From Elusimicrobia bacterium GWF2_62_30 (GTDB lineage Bacteria > Elusimicrobiota > Elusimicrobia > Elusimicrobiales > UBA9959), in NCBI GenBank assembly GCA_001799995.1, contig MGUK01000085.1:21-64020 (forward strand): a stretch of 64,000 nucleotides of DNA, read 5' to 3'. A model generated the notes under the pieces. The model saw only the letters and a program-made list of their open reading frames with translations, did not search any database and was not told the DNA's origin. Both the position numbers and the translations under genes were made by a program. Positions 36,392-48,200 of this stretch are shown here, in pieces. Within the stretch, counting starts at the first letter, position 1. Each line of letters starts with the position of its first letter.

Positions 36392-37624
36392 ATGGACTTT
36401 AAAAATTCGCTGTATAAACGTCTCGAGCGGTACGCCAAAGTAGATACGCAGAGCGACGACAGTTCTACCACTTTCCCGTCCACTAAAAAACAGCTTATCC
36501 TCCTGAAAATGCTGGCCGCGGAGTTGAAGGCCATCGGCGCCAAAAACGTAAAAATGGATAAGCACGGCTATGTGACCGCCCTTATCCCCGCCACCGTGAA
36601 GGGGAAAAAGCCGGCGATAGGTTTTCTCGCCCACGTGGATACGGCGCCTGACGCTTCCGGCAAAGGCGTAAAACCGCAGGTGCACCGCGGCTGGAAGGGC
36701 GGCGATATCGTCATCAGCCGCAAACTGGGCGTGATCCTTAACACGAAGAACTGCCCCGAGCTGGCCGGCTGCAAGGGCGAGGACATCGTGACCGCCTCCG
36801 GAGATACCCTGCTGGGCGCCGACAACAAGGCCGGCCTGGCCATAATAATGACGGGCGCGGAATACCTGCTCAAGCACCCTGAGCTCCCGCACGGTCCGCT
36901 GAAGATAGGCTTTACCCCCGACGAGGAAGTGGGGCAGGGCGTGAAATATTTCGACGTGAAGGCTTTCGGGGCGGATTTCGCCTACACCTTCGACGGCGAC
37001 GTGGCCGGCGCCGTGGAAGTGGAAACCTTCAACGCGGACGGCGTGAAGATCGCCATAAAAGGGAAGAGCGTGCATCCCGGTACCGCCAAGGACGCCATGG
37101 CCAACGCGGGCCGCATCGCGGCCGACATCGTCGCGTCCTGGCCGGAGAGCCGCCTGCCCGAGACCACTTCCGGCCGCGACGGGTTCATCATGTTCACCGA
37201 TATAAAAGGCGGCGTGGAGAAAGCCGAGCTCTCCGGCATAGCCCGCGAACATGACCTTGCGAAACTAAAAGGGCTGGAGCGGCATCTCGAGGCTATCGTG
37301 GCGGAGAAGCGCCTTAAATACCCGCTTGCCGAAATAAAACTGGAATTCCGCGAGCAGTACCGGAACATGGGGCCGGTAATTAAGAAATACCCCGAGGTCC
37401 TCGAAAACCTGCTTTCCGCCGTAAAGGAAGCGGGACTTACCCCGCACATCAAGCCCGTGCGCGGCGGCACCGACGGCGCCCGGCTTTCCTTCATGGGGCT
37501 GCCCACGCCGAACGTGTTTACCGGGGGCTACAACTATCATGGCCGTTACGAATGGGTTTCCCTGGACGGAATGAACAAAGCCGCCGAAGTTATGCTTAAC
37601 CTGGCCCGGAGATGGGGCAGGTAA
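36392..37624 (+). CDS. pepT: Peptidase T (tripeptide aminopeptidase, M20B)
   Basis: MDFKNSLYKRLERYAKVDTQSDDSS...PSTKKQ...GFLAHVDTAPD is a typical PepT N-terminus. The ATG at 36392 has a GGAGGA RBS. Confidence 0.9.
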   Translation: MDFKNSLYKRLERYAKVDTQSDDSSTTFPSTKKQLILLKMLAAELKAIGAKNVKMDKHGYVTALIPATVKGKKPAIGFLAHVDTAPDASGKGVKPQVHRGWKGGDIVISRKLGVILNTKNCPELAGCKGEDIVTASGDTLLGADNKAGLAIIMTGAEYLLKHPELPHGPLKIGFTPDEEVGQGVKYFDVKAFGADFAYTFDGDVAGAVEVETFNADGVKIAIKGKSVHPGTAKDAMANAGRIAADIVASWPESRLPETTSGRDGFIMFTDIKGGVEKAELSGIAREHDLAKLKGLERHLEAIVAEKRLKYPLAEIKLEFREQYRNMGPVIKKYPEVLENLLSAVKEAGLTPHIKPVRGGTDGARLSFMGLPTPNVFTGGYNYHGRYEWVSLDGMNKAAEVMLNLARRWGR

Positions 37625-37645
37625 GCCGCGCGGCAGGCGAGATGT

Positions 37646-37669
37646 AAAAGCCGGTCAGGGCTGGCTTTT
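37646..37669. terminator. Hairpin shared by convergent pepT and oleD ends (possible bidirectional terminator)
   Basis: aaaagccgg-tcaggg-ctggctttt forms a 9-bp stem including one G-T. A/T tracts form the stem ends. It overlaps the oleD stop codon. Confidence 0.35.
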
Positions 37670-38647
37670 AAACCACGCCGCCAGGCGTTCCATGCCTGTT
37701 TCTATGTTTACCAGGGGCGCGTAATCCAGGTCCCGCCGGGCGGCGGAGATGTTGAACCAGTGGGCGGTGGTCAGCTGCTGCACTACAAAGCGCGTAAGCG
37801 GGGGTTCGCTGCCGGTCCCGGCCAGCTTCCAGGCGGCTTCCAGCCCGGCCGCCGCGGCATAGGCCAGCGCGTACGGAATGGCCTTGGCGACGGGCGCGGC
37901 CCCGGCCGCATTCAATATCATGTTCACGATATCCCAGTTGGGGCGGGGGTCGCCCTGGGAAATGAAATACGCCCGGCCGGCGCAGGGCGCGCCGGGGGAA
38001 AGCCTTTCCGCGGCCAGCCAGTGGGCGTTAGCCGCGTCGTCTATATAGGTGGTATCGATCAGCTTGTTGAAGGCGCCGATGCGCCGCAGCCGGCCGGCTT
38101 TCCCGCGCGCCACGATAGTGGCTATCATGTGGTCGCGGCCCGGGCCCCAGATAAGGTGCGGCCTGAGCGCCGCCGTGGCCAGGGCCGGCGAATTGGCGGC
38201 GAGCACCAGCTTCTCCGCCTCGGCCTTGGTCTTGGCGTAATAAGAATCGAAGCTGGCGGGGTACGGCGCTCTTTCATCCCAGCCGTCCACGTCGCCGCCC
38301 GGGTAGATGACGCTGGGTGTGCTGGTGAAAACGAAACGGGCGACGCCGGCCGACTTCGCCGCCTCCAGCAGGTTTGCCGTGCCCAGGACGTTCGTCCTGT
38401 AAAAATCCCGGTAGCGGCCCCACATGCCGACCTTGGCCGCCGCGTGAAAAACGGTATCGCAGCCCCGGCAGGCTTCTACCGCCGAAGCCCGGTCGGCGAG
38501 GTCGCCGCGGACGCATTCCACGCCCAGCGCGGCCAGGCGGGGGTAGTCCCCGCGCGAGAAGCTGCGCACGGAAACGCCCTTCGACATGAGGAGCTGCGCG
38601 ATGGCGCCGCCGAGGAAGCCGCCGCCGCCCGTGACCAGGGCCTTCAT
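37655..38647 (-). CDS. oleD: OleD-type NAD(P)H-dependent 2-alkyl-3-ketoalkanoate reductase (3-beta-HSD/SDR family)
   Basis: MKALVTGGGGFLGGAI Rossmann start and the AAKVGMWG...NVLGT...FTSTPSV pattern. An ATGA overlap links it to oleC. It is the last gene of the oleABCD order. Confidence 0.8.
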   Translation of the reverse strand: MKALVTGGGGFLGGAIAQLLMSKGVSVRSFSRGDYPRLAALGVECVRGDLADRASAVEACRGCDTVFHAAAKVGMWGRYRDFYRTNVLGTANLLEAAKSAGVARFVFTSTPSVIYPGGDVDGWDERAPYPASFDSYYAKTKAEAEKLVLAANSPALATAALRPHLIWGPGRDHMIATIVARGKAGRLRRIGAFNKLIDTTYIDDAANAHWLAAERLSPGAPCAGRAYFISQGDPRPNWDIVNMILNAAGAAPVAKAIPYALAYAAAAGLEAAWKLAGTGSEPPLTRFVVQQLTTAHWFNISAARRDLDYAPLVNIETGMERLAAWFKSQP

Positions 38648-40266
38648 CGCCGCGCCCCTGCGGCTCCGATCTTTTCAGCGGCAAGGAGCGCGAGCTTTTC
38701 GCGCGAGATCTTGGCGTTGTGCCGTATGTCCACGGGGAACCCGGGATGGTACAGGATGGTGCGTATGCTCTTCGTGCGCTCGTCGGCGGCTCCAAGGGCC
38801 CTCAGTTCGGCGGTGAGGACTTCGTCCGGGGATACTCCCTTTTCCAGTTCCACGAACAGCACCGGGGTGAGGTTCCCCGCGGGCCCCGCGCCCGTCAGCG
38901 CGCTGCGGCGCACTTTAGGATGAGCGTTGAAAACGGCTTCGCAGGGGATGGTGAAAAGCGTCGCGTCCGCCGTAACTACCCGGTGGCTCTTGCGGCCGCA
39001 GAACCACAGCCGCCCGCCGGCGTCCCGCCAGCCGGTATCGCCCATGCGGTGATAGACTTCGCCCGCCGGGCCGTAGATCTTGGCCAGGGCCGTGCTTTCC
39101 GGCCTGCCGAAATATTCGCGCGAGACCACGGGGCCCTTTACGGTTATCTCCCCGATCTCGCCGTCCTTTACCAGCAGGTCGTCGGACCAGCGCTGCACCG
39201 GCTCGTCGGAGATCTTAATGATAAAGGTTTCCATTCCTTCCCAGGTGTGCCCGACGCAGATGCCCGGCTGCCCCGGGGTGAGCGCGGCCAGTTCGGCGCC
39301 GGAGATGCAGGAGACCGGCAGCGCCTCGGTGGCGCCGTAAGGGGTATAAACCTGGGTGTCAGGCGGCAGCATCGTCTTCATGCGCGCGATCACGGCGGGG
39401 GAGACCGGCGCGCCGCACGAAATGACGCGGCGCAGCGACGGCAGCTGCGTGCCTTTCTTTTCTCCGTAGCGGCTGAGGGTGTCCAGCAGGGCCGGGGAAC
39501 CGAACAACTGCACGGCGCCGTGTTCGTTGATCAGGCCTGAGAGCATGGCCGGGTCCACCGCCGCCGGCCTGGTAAAATCCATTTTGGGTATAACTATGGT
39601 AAGCCCCAGCGCTACGTCGAAAAGCGCGAAGAGGGGGAAAGTGGGCACTGAGTTAAAACCGGGCTCTATTTTAAAATGCTGCTTGAGCATCCCGGCTTGC
39701 GCGGCGAAGACGGAATGGGTGTACACCGCGCCCTTCGGGGAGCCGGTGCTGCCGGAAGTGAACAGTATCGCAGCCGTTTCGGGTGTGGTTTCCGCCGCCG
39801 GCACGGGGGTGCCTGCCCCCAGCCTGCGGATATCCTCCAGGGTGTACCCGCCCCAGAACCATCTTTTCCCTACGGTGACCAGGATCCGCAGCGATCCCCG
39901 GGCCCAGCGCAGGACCAGCCTGGCCGCGTGCGCCCTGGAGATACCGACAAAAGCTTCGGGGCGGGCTTCCTCGAGGCAGGCGCGCATGTTCCTGGCGCCT
40001 ATGCCCGGGTCGATGAGCACTATCACGGCGCCGGCGCGGAAAAGGGCGAAGGTAAGGGCCACGAACTCTATGGAAGGCGTCACCAGGAGGGCTACGCGCA
40101 TTCCCGGGGTTATGCCTGTTTTCGCGAGGCCGCCTGCCAGCAGGGAGATCTCCGCTTCCAGCCCTTCGAAGGAGATGGCGCGCGGGCCGTCTATTATGGC
40201 GGTGCGGCCGCCCAGGGCCGCCGCGCACAACGACATTAGCTCCGAGATATTGCGGATGTCCGGCAT
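38644..40266 (-). CDS. oleC: OleC-type olefin beta-lactone synthetase (AMP-dependent ligase superfamily)
   Basis: FTSGSTGSPKG AMP motif, plus the OleC-typical TFPLFALFDVALG and KMDFTRPAAVDP. Confidence 0.85.
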   Translation of the reverse strand: MPDIRNISELMSLCAAALGGRTAIIDGPRAISFEGLEAEISLLAGGLAKTGITPGMRVALLVTPSIEFVALTFALFRAGAVIVLIDPGIGARNMRACLEEARPEAFVGISRAHAARLVLRWARGSLRILVTVGKRWFWGGYTLEDIRRLGAGTPVPAAETTPETAAILFTSGSTGSPKGAVYTHSVFAAQAGMLKQHFKIEPGFNSVPTFPLFALFDVALGLTIVIPKMDFTRPAAVDPAMLSGLINEHGAVQLFGSPALLDTLSRYGEKKGTQLPSLRRVISCGAPVSPAVIARMKTMLPPDTQVYTPYGATEALPVSCISGAELAALTPGQPGICVGHTWEGMETFIIKISDEPVQRWSDDLLVKDGEIGEITVKGPVVSREYFGRPESTALAKIYGPAGEVYHRMGDTGWRDAGGRLWFCGRKSHRVVTADATLFTIPCEAVFNAHPKVRRSALTGAGPAGNLTPVLFVELEKGVSPDEVLTAELRALGAADERTKSIRTILYHPGFPVDIRHNAKISREKLALLAAEKIGAAGARR

Positions 40267-40273
40267 AGGAGGG

Positions 40274-41173
40274 TCAGGCCGCGCGCCCGATGAATTCCTT
40301 CACCAGCGGTATGACTTCGGCGGCGGCGTCCTCGAGGATATAATGGCCGCAGTCGGGGAAGACATGGGTTTCGGCCCGCGGGAACCTGCGCTTCCACTCC
40401 TCCAGGAAATGAACGTCGAAAACGAAATCCTTCAGGCCCCAGCAGATGAGCATGGGCAGCGTGGAAAGAGCGGAGAGCTTTTCCTGCGTTTCGAGCACCA
40501 GCGGATAGGCTTTGTCGCCGGGAGCCAGCGGGATATCCTCCACGAAACGCAGCGTAGCGATGCGGTTGCCCCAGCTGTTGTAGGGCGCGGTATAGGCGTC
40601 GCGCAGCCGTGGGCTCATGCGGGCGCGTTTGCAGCCTATCCAGGCCGCGCCGCGCGCGAAAGCGTTGAAGCCTCGGATCAGCCACGCGCCGAGCGGGGTG
40701 CGGCAGAGGCGCAGGGCGGGGGGGAAGGTTTTCCCGGACGGCAGGAAAAAGGCCCCGGTATTGAGAATAACCAGCTTTTCTATCCGTTCCGGGTGCCGCG
40801 CGGCGTAGGCGGTACCTATCATGCCGCCCCAGTCGTGCACCACCAGCGTGATCTTTTCTTTCAAGCCCAGGCCGTCCAGCAGGGCCTCGATATCCTCAAC
40901 CCGGCTTTCAAGTGTGTATTCGTAGCGGTCGTCGCCGGGCTTGTCGGAAAGGCCGCAGCCGATATGATCGGGGACAATGACGCGGCAGCCGCCCCTCAGC
41001 GCCAGGGCCAGGTCGCGGTAATAGAAGGACCAGGAAGGGTTGCCGTGCAGCATGACCACGGTCGGCCCCGAGCCTTCGTCGAGGTAATGCATTTTGAGCC
41101 CGCCCCTGAGGGTGGCGAACTTGCCGCTGAAGGGATAAAGTTCCGGAGTGACTCCGTCAGGAAGGTAGGTCAT
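40274..41173 (-). CDS. oleB: OleB-type beta-lactone decarboxylase (alpha/beta-hydrolase, haloalkane-dehalogenase-like)
   Basis: MHYLDEGSGPTVVMLHGNPSWSFYYRDL, PDHIGCGLSDKP and VVHDWGG. Confidence 0.85.
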   Translation of the reverse strand: MTYLPDGVTPELYPFSGKFATLRGGLKMHYLDEGSGPTVVMLHGNPSWSFYYRDLALALRGGCRVIVPDHIGCGLSDKPGDDRYEYTLESRVEDIEALLDGLGLKEKITLVVHDWGGMIGTAYAARHPERIEKLVILNTGAFFLPSGKTFPPALRLCRTPLGAWLIRGFNAFARGAAWIGCKRARMSPRLRDAYTAPYNSWGNRIATLRFVEDIPLAPGDKAYPLVLETQEKLSALSTLPMLICWGLKDFVFDVHFLEEWKRRFPRAETHVFPDCGHYILEDAAAEVIPLVKEFIGRAA

Positions 41174-41189
41174 AGTTGAAACCGCGTCA

Positions 41190-42206
41190 TTACCATTTAA
41201 GGCCCAGCATTATCGTGTTCAGGCCGCTGCCGATGCCGAGGAAAGCCACGTTGTCGCCGGGGAGCAGGAATTCCCGCTCGTCGGCTATCGCGGCGGAGGA
41301 GGGCAGCGCCACGGTGCCCATGTTCCCCAGGTATTCATACGTGGAGAAATCCCGGCCTTCCGGGATCCCGAGGGCTTCCAGGATGTGCTTCTTGTGGGTT
41401 CCGCCGACCTGGTGACAGATGACCTTATTGAAATCTCCGGCCTTCATCTCCAGTTCCCCGAGCAGGTCCGCCCAGGTGCGCTGGCCCAGCGCCACGCCGT
41501 GCTTGAGCACGGCCGTCGCATCGGTGGACATATGGTCGCGGTGCCAGATGCAGAGCTTGTGATGTTCGCTGGCCGCGCGGTACGCCCCGCCCAGCAGCTT
41601 GTGTTTCTTATGCGTCCCGAAAGAACCGTCCGTCAGCAGTACGGCCACCGCCCCGGACCCGCCGGTAAGCGTGGCTATGGACAGGCGGAAGTTTTCGAAG
41701 CTTTTATCTTTCGTCATCTCCTCTATCATGCTGTCGTTGATCTCGCGGGCGGATTCGCAGGAGACCACCAGCCCGGCCTTTATCTGGCCCAGCTCTATGC
41801 GGTTGGCGACGTCTATCATGCCGTTGAGCACGCCCAGGCAGGCGTTGGAAACGTCGAACACGGCGGTCTCGGGCTTTACGCCCAGAGAGGCGGCTACCGC
41901 CGTGGCGGTCGCCGGCTCGCTGTGTTCGCGGCAGACCCCGGTGTAGAGCAGAGCCCCGAGATCGGCGGCGGAAAGGCCGGCCTGTTCCAGGGCCTTGCGC
42001 GCGGCTCGGGCGGCGCCTTCCGACAGGGCGAAACCGGGGTCCCACCAACGCCGCTCGCGGATGCCGGTCAAAGCCTCGAGCTGGCCGGGGGCTATATGCA
42101 GCCCCGCCATCATGGGGGCGATGCGTTTCTCAAGTTCCGAAGAGGTGACTACATTCGGTCCCAGTTCATAGCCTATCGCGTCCACGAAAACCTTGCTGTA
42201 TTTCAT
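41190..42206 (-). CDS. oleA: OleA-type thiolase (FabH-like head-to-head Claisen condensing enzyme)
   Basis: Homology starts at MKYSKVFVDAIGYELG, with the ATG at 42206-42204. Active-site Cys in DVSNACLG. The ATG overlaps the TGA of the upstream gene (ATGA). The longer track ORF to 42371 is an Arg-rich out-of-frame overlap. Confidence 0.85.
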   Translation of the reverse strand: MKYSKVFVDAIGYELGPNVVTSSELEKRIAPMMAGLHIAPGQLEALTGIRERRWWDPGFALSEGAARAARKALEQAGLSAADLGALLYTGVCREHSEPATATAVAASLGVKPETAVFDVSNACLGVLNGMIDVANRIELGQIKAGLVVSCESAREINDSMIEEMTKDKSFENFRLSIATLTGGSGAVAVLLTDGSFGTHKKHKLLGGAYRAASEHHKLCIWHRDHMSTDATAVLKHGVALGQRTWADLLGELEMKAGDFNKVICHQVGGTHKKHILEALGIPEGRDFSTYEYLGNMGTVALPSSAAIADEREFLLPGDNVAFLGIGSGLNTIMLGLKW

Positions 42207-45200
42207 GTTGTTATCCGTATGCTGAAATCTTTCATCTGGTAGATGACGAGCCCGTCCACGATCAGGAACCCGTCGGCGCGCAGCAGCTTCTTCTCGTCGT
42301 CGGCGCCGGTTAGGTACGCCTCCACGGTGACCAGCTTGTTCTTCGGCACCACCTGGCCGCGGTAGATCCACTGGTGTTTCTCGTTGAGGGCCATAGCTTC
42401 GAAGCGGGCGTTTTCAGGCAGGTCCTTCCACCTGAGCGCGGCGGCCGCTTTCATCAGGTTGATGAAGGATTCCAGCCCGAGCGAACCGGGGCAGACCGGG
42501 TCCTGGTAAAAATGCGCCTTGAAGAACCACTCCGCCGGGTCAACTTTCTTGAGGCCTCTAAGGAAGCCTGCCTTCTTAGGCCCGCCGCCGGGGATATAGG
42601 TTTCCACGGAGTCCAGCATGATCAGCTTTTCGTCGGGAAGGGGGGGCTGGGCCGAAAGAGCGGCCGCCGTCCCGCGGGCAGCTTCTTCGGGGCCGGGGGT
42701 ATAGCGCGCCGCGCCGCGCACGCCCAGCTGCTCCGAGAGCGACTTCTTGGAGAAGAAGCCGAACTGGGTCACGCCTTTATATACGGTGCGGCCTTTGCAA
42801 AGCACTTCCATGTCGTAATCCTGGATGATCATGCCGCCGGACTGGGACACCTTGGTGATCTTCACCTTTGTGGTCAGTATCCCGGAGTCTGGAAAAACTT
42901 CCAGGTACTGCGTGGCCGTACCACCGAGATTCCGGAAGGACAGGTCAGTGGGGCTGGTCAGGGCGCTGCCCAGGTACGCGGCCAGCCAGCCGCAGGGCTG
43001 CAGCGCCACTTCCAGCAGCACGGCGAAAGGCATGGACTTCTGCGCGCCGGACTTAAAATACCATTCTTCCGGAGGCACGTCGTATTCGGCCTCGATGACC
43101 CCGCCCGCGGCAAGTTCCCACTGGCGGCAGTTCTCTATCTTAACAATGCGGTCCAGGAATTTATACGGCGCGCCCGGCAGCCTGGCTATCACGCGTTCCG
43201 AATCGAAAACCTTGTATTTTTCGCCGAAGGCTTCGGACGGCCTGCCTATGGCGAAGGCGGTGATGCTGGCGTCGTCGAAAACAGCTTTCCGGGGGCCGGC
43301 CGGCGCGGGGCTGGAGGCGCCCGCCCACAGGGCTTCTATCTCCTGCTTCCTGGCGCCGCTCATGCGGATGGACATGTTGTGGATATGGATGATGCGCTTG
43401 CCGTCGGCGTACATGAAGGCGTCGGCTATGGCGTAGGGCGTGCCGTCGGCCTGGTAGCCTATTTCTTTGACGATGATCTCGTACATCGCCTTTTTAGTGG
43501 AGGGCAGCACCTGGCCGCGGCATTCGAGCCGGCTGGTCACGCCCGGTACCGGCTCGTACCAGCAGGAGCCTTCTTCCGCCGTCCAGCCAAGGCGCAGCAG
43601 CAGGACCCTGAAAGTGTGCAGGCAGCATTCATACATCAGCGTGCCGGGCATCACGTGGTCGTCGGAGAAATGACAGACCAGGTGCCAGTCGTCGGGGTGG
43701 ATGTCCATCTCGCCCTGCACCAGGCCCAGGCCGTAGCGGCCGCCGCGCGGGGAAAGTTCAAGTATCCGGTCCACCAGGCGCATCTTCCCGGAAGGCAGGC
43801 CGACCGGCTTGGCGAGAGGCAGGTCCGCGAAAGCGGGGCCGAAAGCTTCGGCGTAGCGCCCGGCGCGCAGCGCTTCCAGCTGCGCGTCCGAATAAATTTC
43901 TTTTTCCGCCGCGAAAGGAGCGGGAGGCTGCCAGCCTTCCGGGGCCTTGCCCGGGGCTGAAGCCTGCTCTTCGGCCGTGAGTACCACGCCTTTGCCTTTG
44001 GAGAGTTCCTCTTGCGTGAAGAAGCCGGCGCAGCCTTTCTTCATACTGAGCAGCGGTTGGCCGTCGACGGTGCTCTCGTAGTTGAAGAAGAAAAGCCAGA
44101 TGTCGCCGTTCTGCGCGAAGCGCTCGATATTGATGTCGTAATGGATGGTCTGGCCCGGTTGCGGCAGGCCGCGGTGGAAGGTGACTTCCGCGTCGAGCAG
44201 GCGGTACATCGCCTTGCCCTTGGTCCTGCTGTCGATGCCGAGGTAGCCGCACAGGAACAGGTCCGCCTGTCCCGCTTCTACGGCGATACAGGTGGGGATG
44301 CGGCCGCAGTCCAGATACCAGGCGTCCTGGTGTATATCGTGTTCCGTTACCACGTTCCCGGAGGTCATGGAGGCTGGCTCGCCGCGCACGGAGAGGATGC
44401 GGTCCACCAGCATCAGCGGCTCGTCGGGCAGGCGCACGCGGGTGGGGTAGGTGTCGGCGGAGGCGAACATGGGGCCCAGCACCCTGGCGATGGAGCCTAC
44501 GGCGAATTCCAGGCATTGCTCGCGCGTCATGAACACGGCTGCCTGCCGCTGCGCTTCGCTCCGGGCCGGCAGCGGCGGCGCGGCGGGCGGAGCGGGAACG
44601 GCCCGGGCGGCCGGCGCCGTCCCGCCGGCTTTCAGCAGGGTTTCCTGGAAAGCGATGTTCTTTGCCTGCAGCAGCGAAAAATTATTGGAAAGGCGGAGGA
44701 AAACCTCGTGCGCCTTGGCGCCGGCCGAAGAAGCCGCTGAAAAATTAAGCAGGTAGCCCGGGCCGGGCTGTGCCGCGGAGGGCACGGGCGCCGCCGGGGC
44801 CGGAAGCGCGGGCGCGGGAGCCAGGCGCGGCGGCAGGGACTGCGCAGCCGCGGCCGCGGGGACGGCGGAGCGGCTGACGGCGGGCACGGGGACGCTCTTT
44901 GCTGCCGCCGCCGGCTCCGCGGAAGGCTCCCAGTTGTTCTTCACCGGGGGCGGCACTGAAAGGGGCGCGCGCACGATGTTCTTGACCGGCCCGTGGTCCT
45001 GGTGGGCCGAGGCGAGGGAGCCCTGCCCGTAAAGCGCGGCAAGGTCCGCCGGCGCCCGTTCGGTTATAAGCCGCGCGAGCAGGCGCAGCACCGTTCCCAC
45101 GGCGTTCTGATTCTTTACGCAGGCGGACCGGGCCAGGTGGGGCTGTACACCCAGGATCTTGTCTATCATCCGGGTACAGGAAGCTTGCGGGCCGAGCTCG

Positions 45201-48200
45201 ACGAAAACCCTGGCCCCGTCTTCGTAGGCGCGGCGCACGAGCGAGGGAAAATCCAGGCTGTGCACGGCCTGCGCGACGATGGAATCAGCTGCGTTCTCGC
45301 GGGTAACTTCGTAAGATTTTTTCCAGGCGCCGCTGTAGAAGCGTACGCCGGGGGGCGGCGTGGTGGGGAAAAGGTGGAGGTCGCGGTACTGTTTTTCCAC
45401 GAGTTTGGCGGCCTCGAAGTGGACCGTGGAAACGCCCTGCAGCGGGAGGAAGACGCAGCCGAGGCCTTCCACCAGCGAATTTACGGCTTTGCGGTAGCCG
45501 CCCACCACGCATTCCAGCGGGGCGTTCACTATCAGGAGGGCGGCCCGCTCCGCGCCTTTAAGCGCCATGCGGACATTGTCGGCGGGCCGGTCTATAACGC
45601 CCAGCACCCAGTCCACCTTTTCGTCCTTGGGCAGGTTCCAGAAACGCCGCGCCGCGTCGCAGGGGCCGGCCAGGTCGCTTACGAAAAGGCTGGATTCGTT
45701 TATGCGGCGCAGCATCTCGTCGCGCGCGGTCCAGGTCCTCAGCGCGAAAAGCCCGGCCGTCTCGCCCAGGCTGTAGCCTATAACGAAGGCGGGCTGCACG
45801 CCGAGGGAGCGCACCAGGTCGCTGACCGCGGTGCCGTGCGACACGGAGCCGAAGATCATGGATTTGAAATCCTCTATTATCTCCCTTTCGGTCTCGGCTT
45901 CCCAGCCGGGGGTCCAGAGGAAACGCCAGGGGGCGAAGAAGGCCGGGGCCATCTGGCCGCGCAGGTAGCCGTTCTCGGCGTCCTGGCGGCGCAGTATTTC
46001 CGGCCACTGGACCCAAAGCTCCCTGCCCATGCCGATGTACTGGTTGCCGGAGCCCGGGAAGACAAAAGCTATGTTCTCCGGTTTGGCCTGGCCGGCGGGA
46101 GTATAGAATATCCTTTCACGGAAAAACTGTTTTTCCGGTGCCGCCCGCAGGCCTGAGATTGCGGAGTCGAGCAGCCCGGCAAGCTCCTGCGCGTCCCTGG
46201 CCAGCAGGACGCAGGCGCGTTTCGCGGCAGGGCGGGCGCCGGTGTGGGCGAACCACGCGCGGGCGAGCTTCTCTACGTTTTCAGCGGGGTCCCTGCGGGA
46301 AAGCCAGGCTTTCAGGTCCAGGAGACCGGAGATTACGCCCCGGGCGTCCTCGTCTTCCACCGCGAACAGGGCCTCCGCCCGGGCGCCAAGGGGCTGACGG
46401 CGCTCAAGCGCGGCAAATTCGTCGCCCGCGGCCTGCTCCACGCCCTCCAGCACCACGTGGCCGCAGTTCCCGTCGATGCCGAGGGCGCTGACCCCGGCGC
46501 GCCGCTGGCCTTCCGCCCGGTTGCGCAGCCAGTATTGCGGCTCCACCGGGATATGGAAGCGCTTCCTGGCGCGCGCCAGCCCGGCCAGCGGGTCCACCTT
46601 CAGCATAGGGGGGAGGATTTCCTGGTAAAGCGCCAGGGCGGCCTTTACGACGCCGGCCAGCCCGCAGGCCGGCCCCGCGTGCCCTATCACCGGCTTGACC
46701 GCGCCCAGGGCGCAGGGAAGCTGCGCCGCGGAGATCCCGTAAAAATCGGCCAGCGCCTCGGCTTCGGCGGAGTCTTCCTCGGGAATGCCGCTGCCGTGCG
46801 TTTCCAGGTAGCCTATCGTGGACGGGTCCACCTGGGCCTCGCCGTAAGCCTCGCGCAGCGCGCCGGCATAGGCGGCGGGGGTGGGCGCAGGCTTGTCTAC
46901 CCCGCCGCCGGAGGCGAAGCCCAGCCCCTTGATGACCGCGTAAACCCGGTTCCCGTCGCGGAGGGCGTCGTCCAGGCGCTTGAGTATAAGGGCCGCGGCG
47001 CCTTCACCCGGGACCGTACCCGCCGCTGACTTGTCGAAGGGCCTGGCAGCCGGCGCGAAGGGCGTCAAAGCCTGGGCGGCGAGGAGCGCGCGTGGGTCGC
47101 CGTCGAGCGACACCGCGCCGACGATGGCCGTATCCAGCTCGCCGGAACGCAGCGCGCGCACTCCGGCCTCCAGCGCCCGCAGGCCGGAAGTCTCTTCGCT
47201 CGAAATGGTGAAGCTCGGCCCGCCGACGTGGAATTCACGCGCGATGCGGCTGGCCACGATGCCGCCCAGCGCGCCCATGGTCCGGTTGGCGCTCAGGGCG
47301 GGGCCGGCGGCGTCGCGCAGCCCGGCCAGGAAATCTTTTTCCTGCTTTTCCGAAAGATGCCAGCCGCGCTCGGCGGCGCAGCGGCGCGCGGTCTCGAGCA
47401 GGGACCAGCGGAAATGGAAGTTGGTGGTGTTCAGGTCGAGGCCCAGGCCGATGAAAACCCCGGCGTTCTCAAGCCCCTTTTCGCCGGGCCCGGAGTCCGC
47501 CACGGCCTTGGCGGCCACGTCCAGCATAAGCAGCTGCTGGGGAAGCATCTCTTCCAGCTCTTTCGGAGGGATGCGGTAGGAGTCGGAGGAAGCGCCGGCC
47601 TCGCGCAAATAAAAGCCTTTGGTTTCCAGCCCCGGCAGGCCGCGGCGGCGTTCGTCCGCCAGCGGAGCGGCGGGCATCGGGGTCCCGCCCAGCACAGTTT
47701 CCTGGAATTCGCGGAGCCCGCCAAGGGTCCCGAAGCGGGCTTCCATCCCGACGATAGCTACCGGCACGGGAGCGGCGGCGGCCGCCTTGGGCTGGGCCTT
47801 GCGGGGCAGGGGAGAGAAGGACGACGCGTATTCTTCTACGAGCACATGGGCGTTTATGCCGCCGAAGCCGAAAGCGCTGACCGCGGCGCGGCGCGGCGTC
47901 CTGCTGTCGCGCTGCGCCCAGTCCTCGCATTTGTGCGGGACGCGGAAGGGGCTGGCGGCCAGGGCGATCCTGGGACCGGGCTTGGAGAAATTAGCGGTCG
48001 GCGCTATGGCCTTGTTGCGCAACGACAGGAGCACCTTCATCATGCCCGCCGAGCCGGCGGCCGTAAGCAGGTGCCCGATGTTGGACTTGACCGAGCCGAG
48101 CGCGCACTGCCCCTCGGTCCAGCCCCGCTCGCCCCAGAGCGCTTTGAGGCTTTCCACTTCCACCGGGTCCCCGGTAGGCGTGCCGGTGGCGTGGCACTCG

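Noticed and set aside
42207-42371. N-terminal extension of oleA in the track. Similar extensions occur for queA (12306-12683), the FAD oxidoreductase (32908-33315), DUF47 (36280-36333), pepT (36359-36391) and fba (32219-32248).
   Set aside because: The extensions are Arg/Pro-rich, overlap the preceding gene, and precede the point where family homology and a plausible RBS or coupled start appear.
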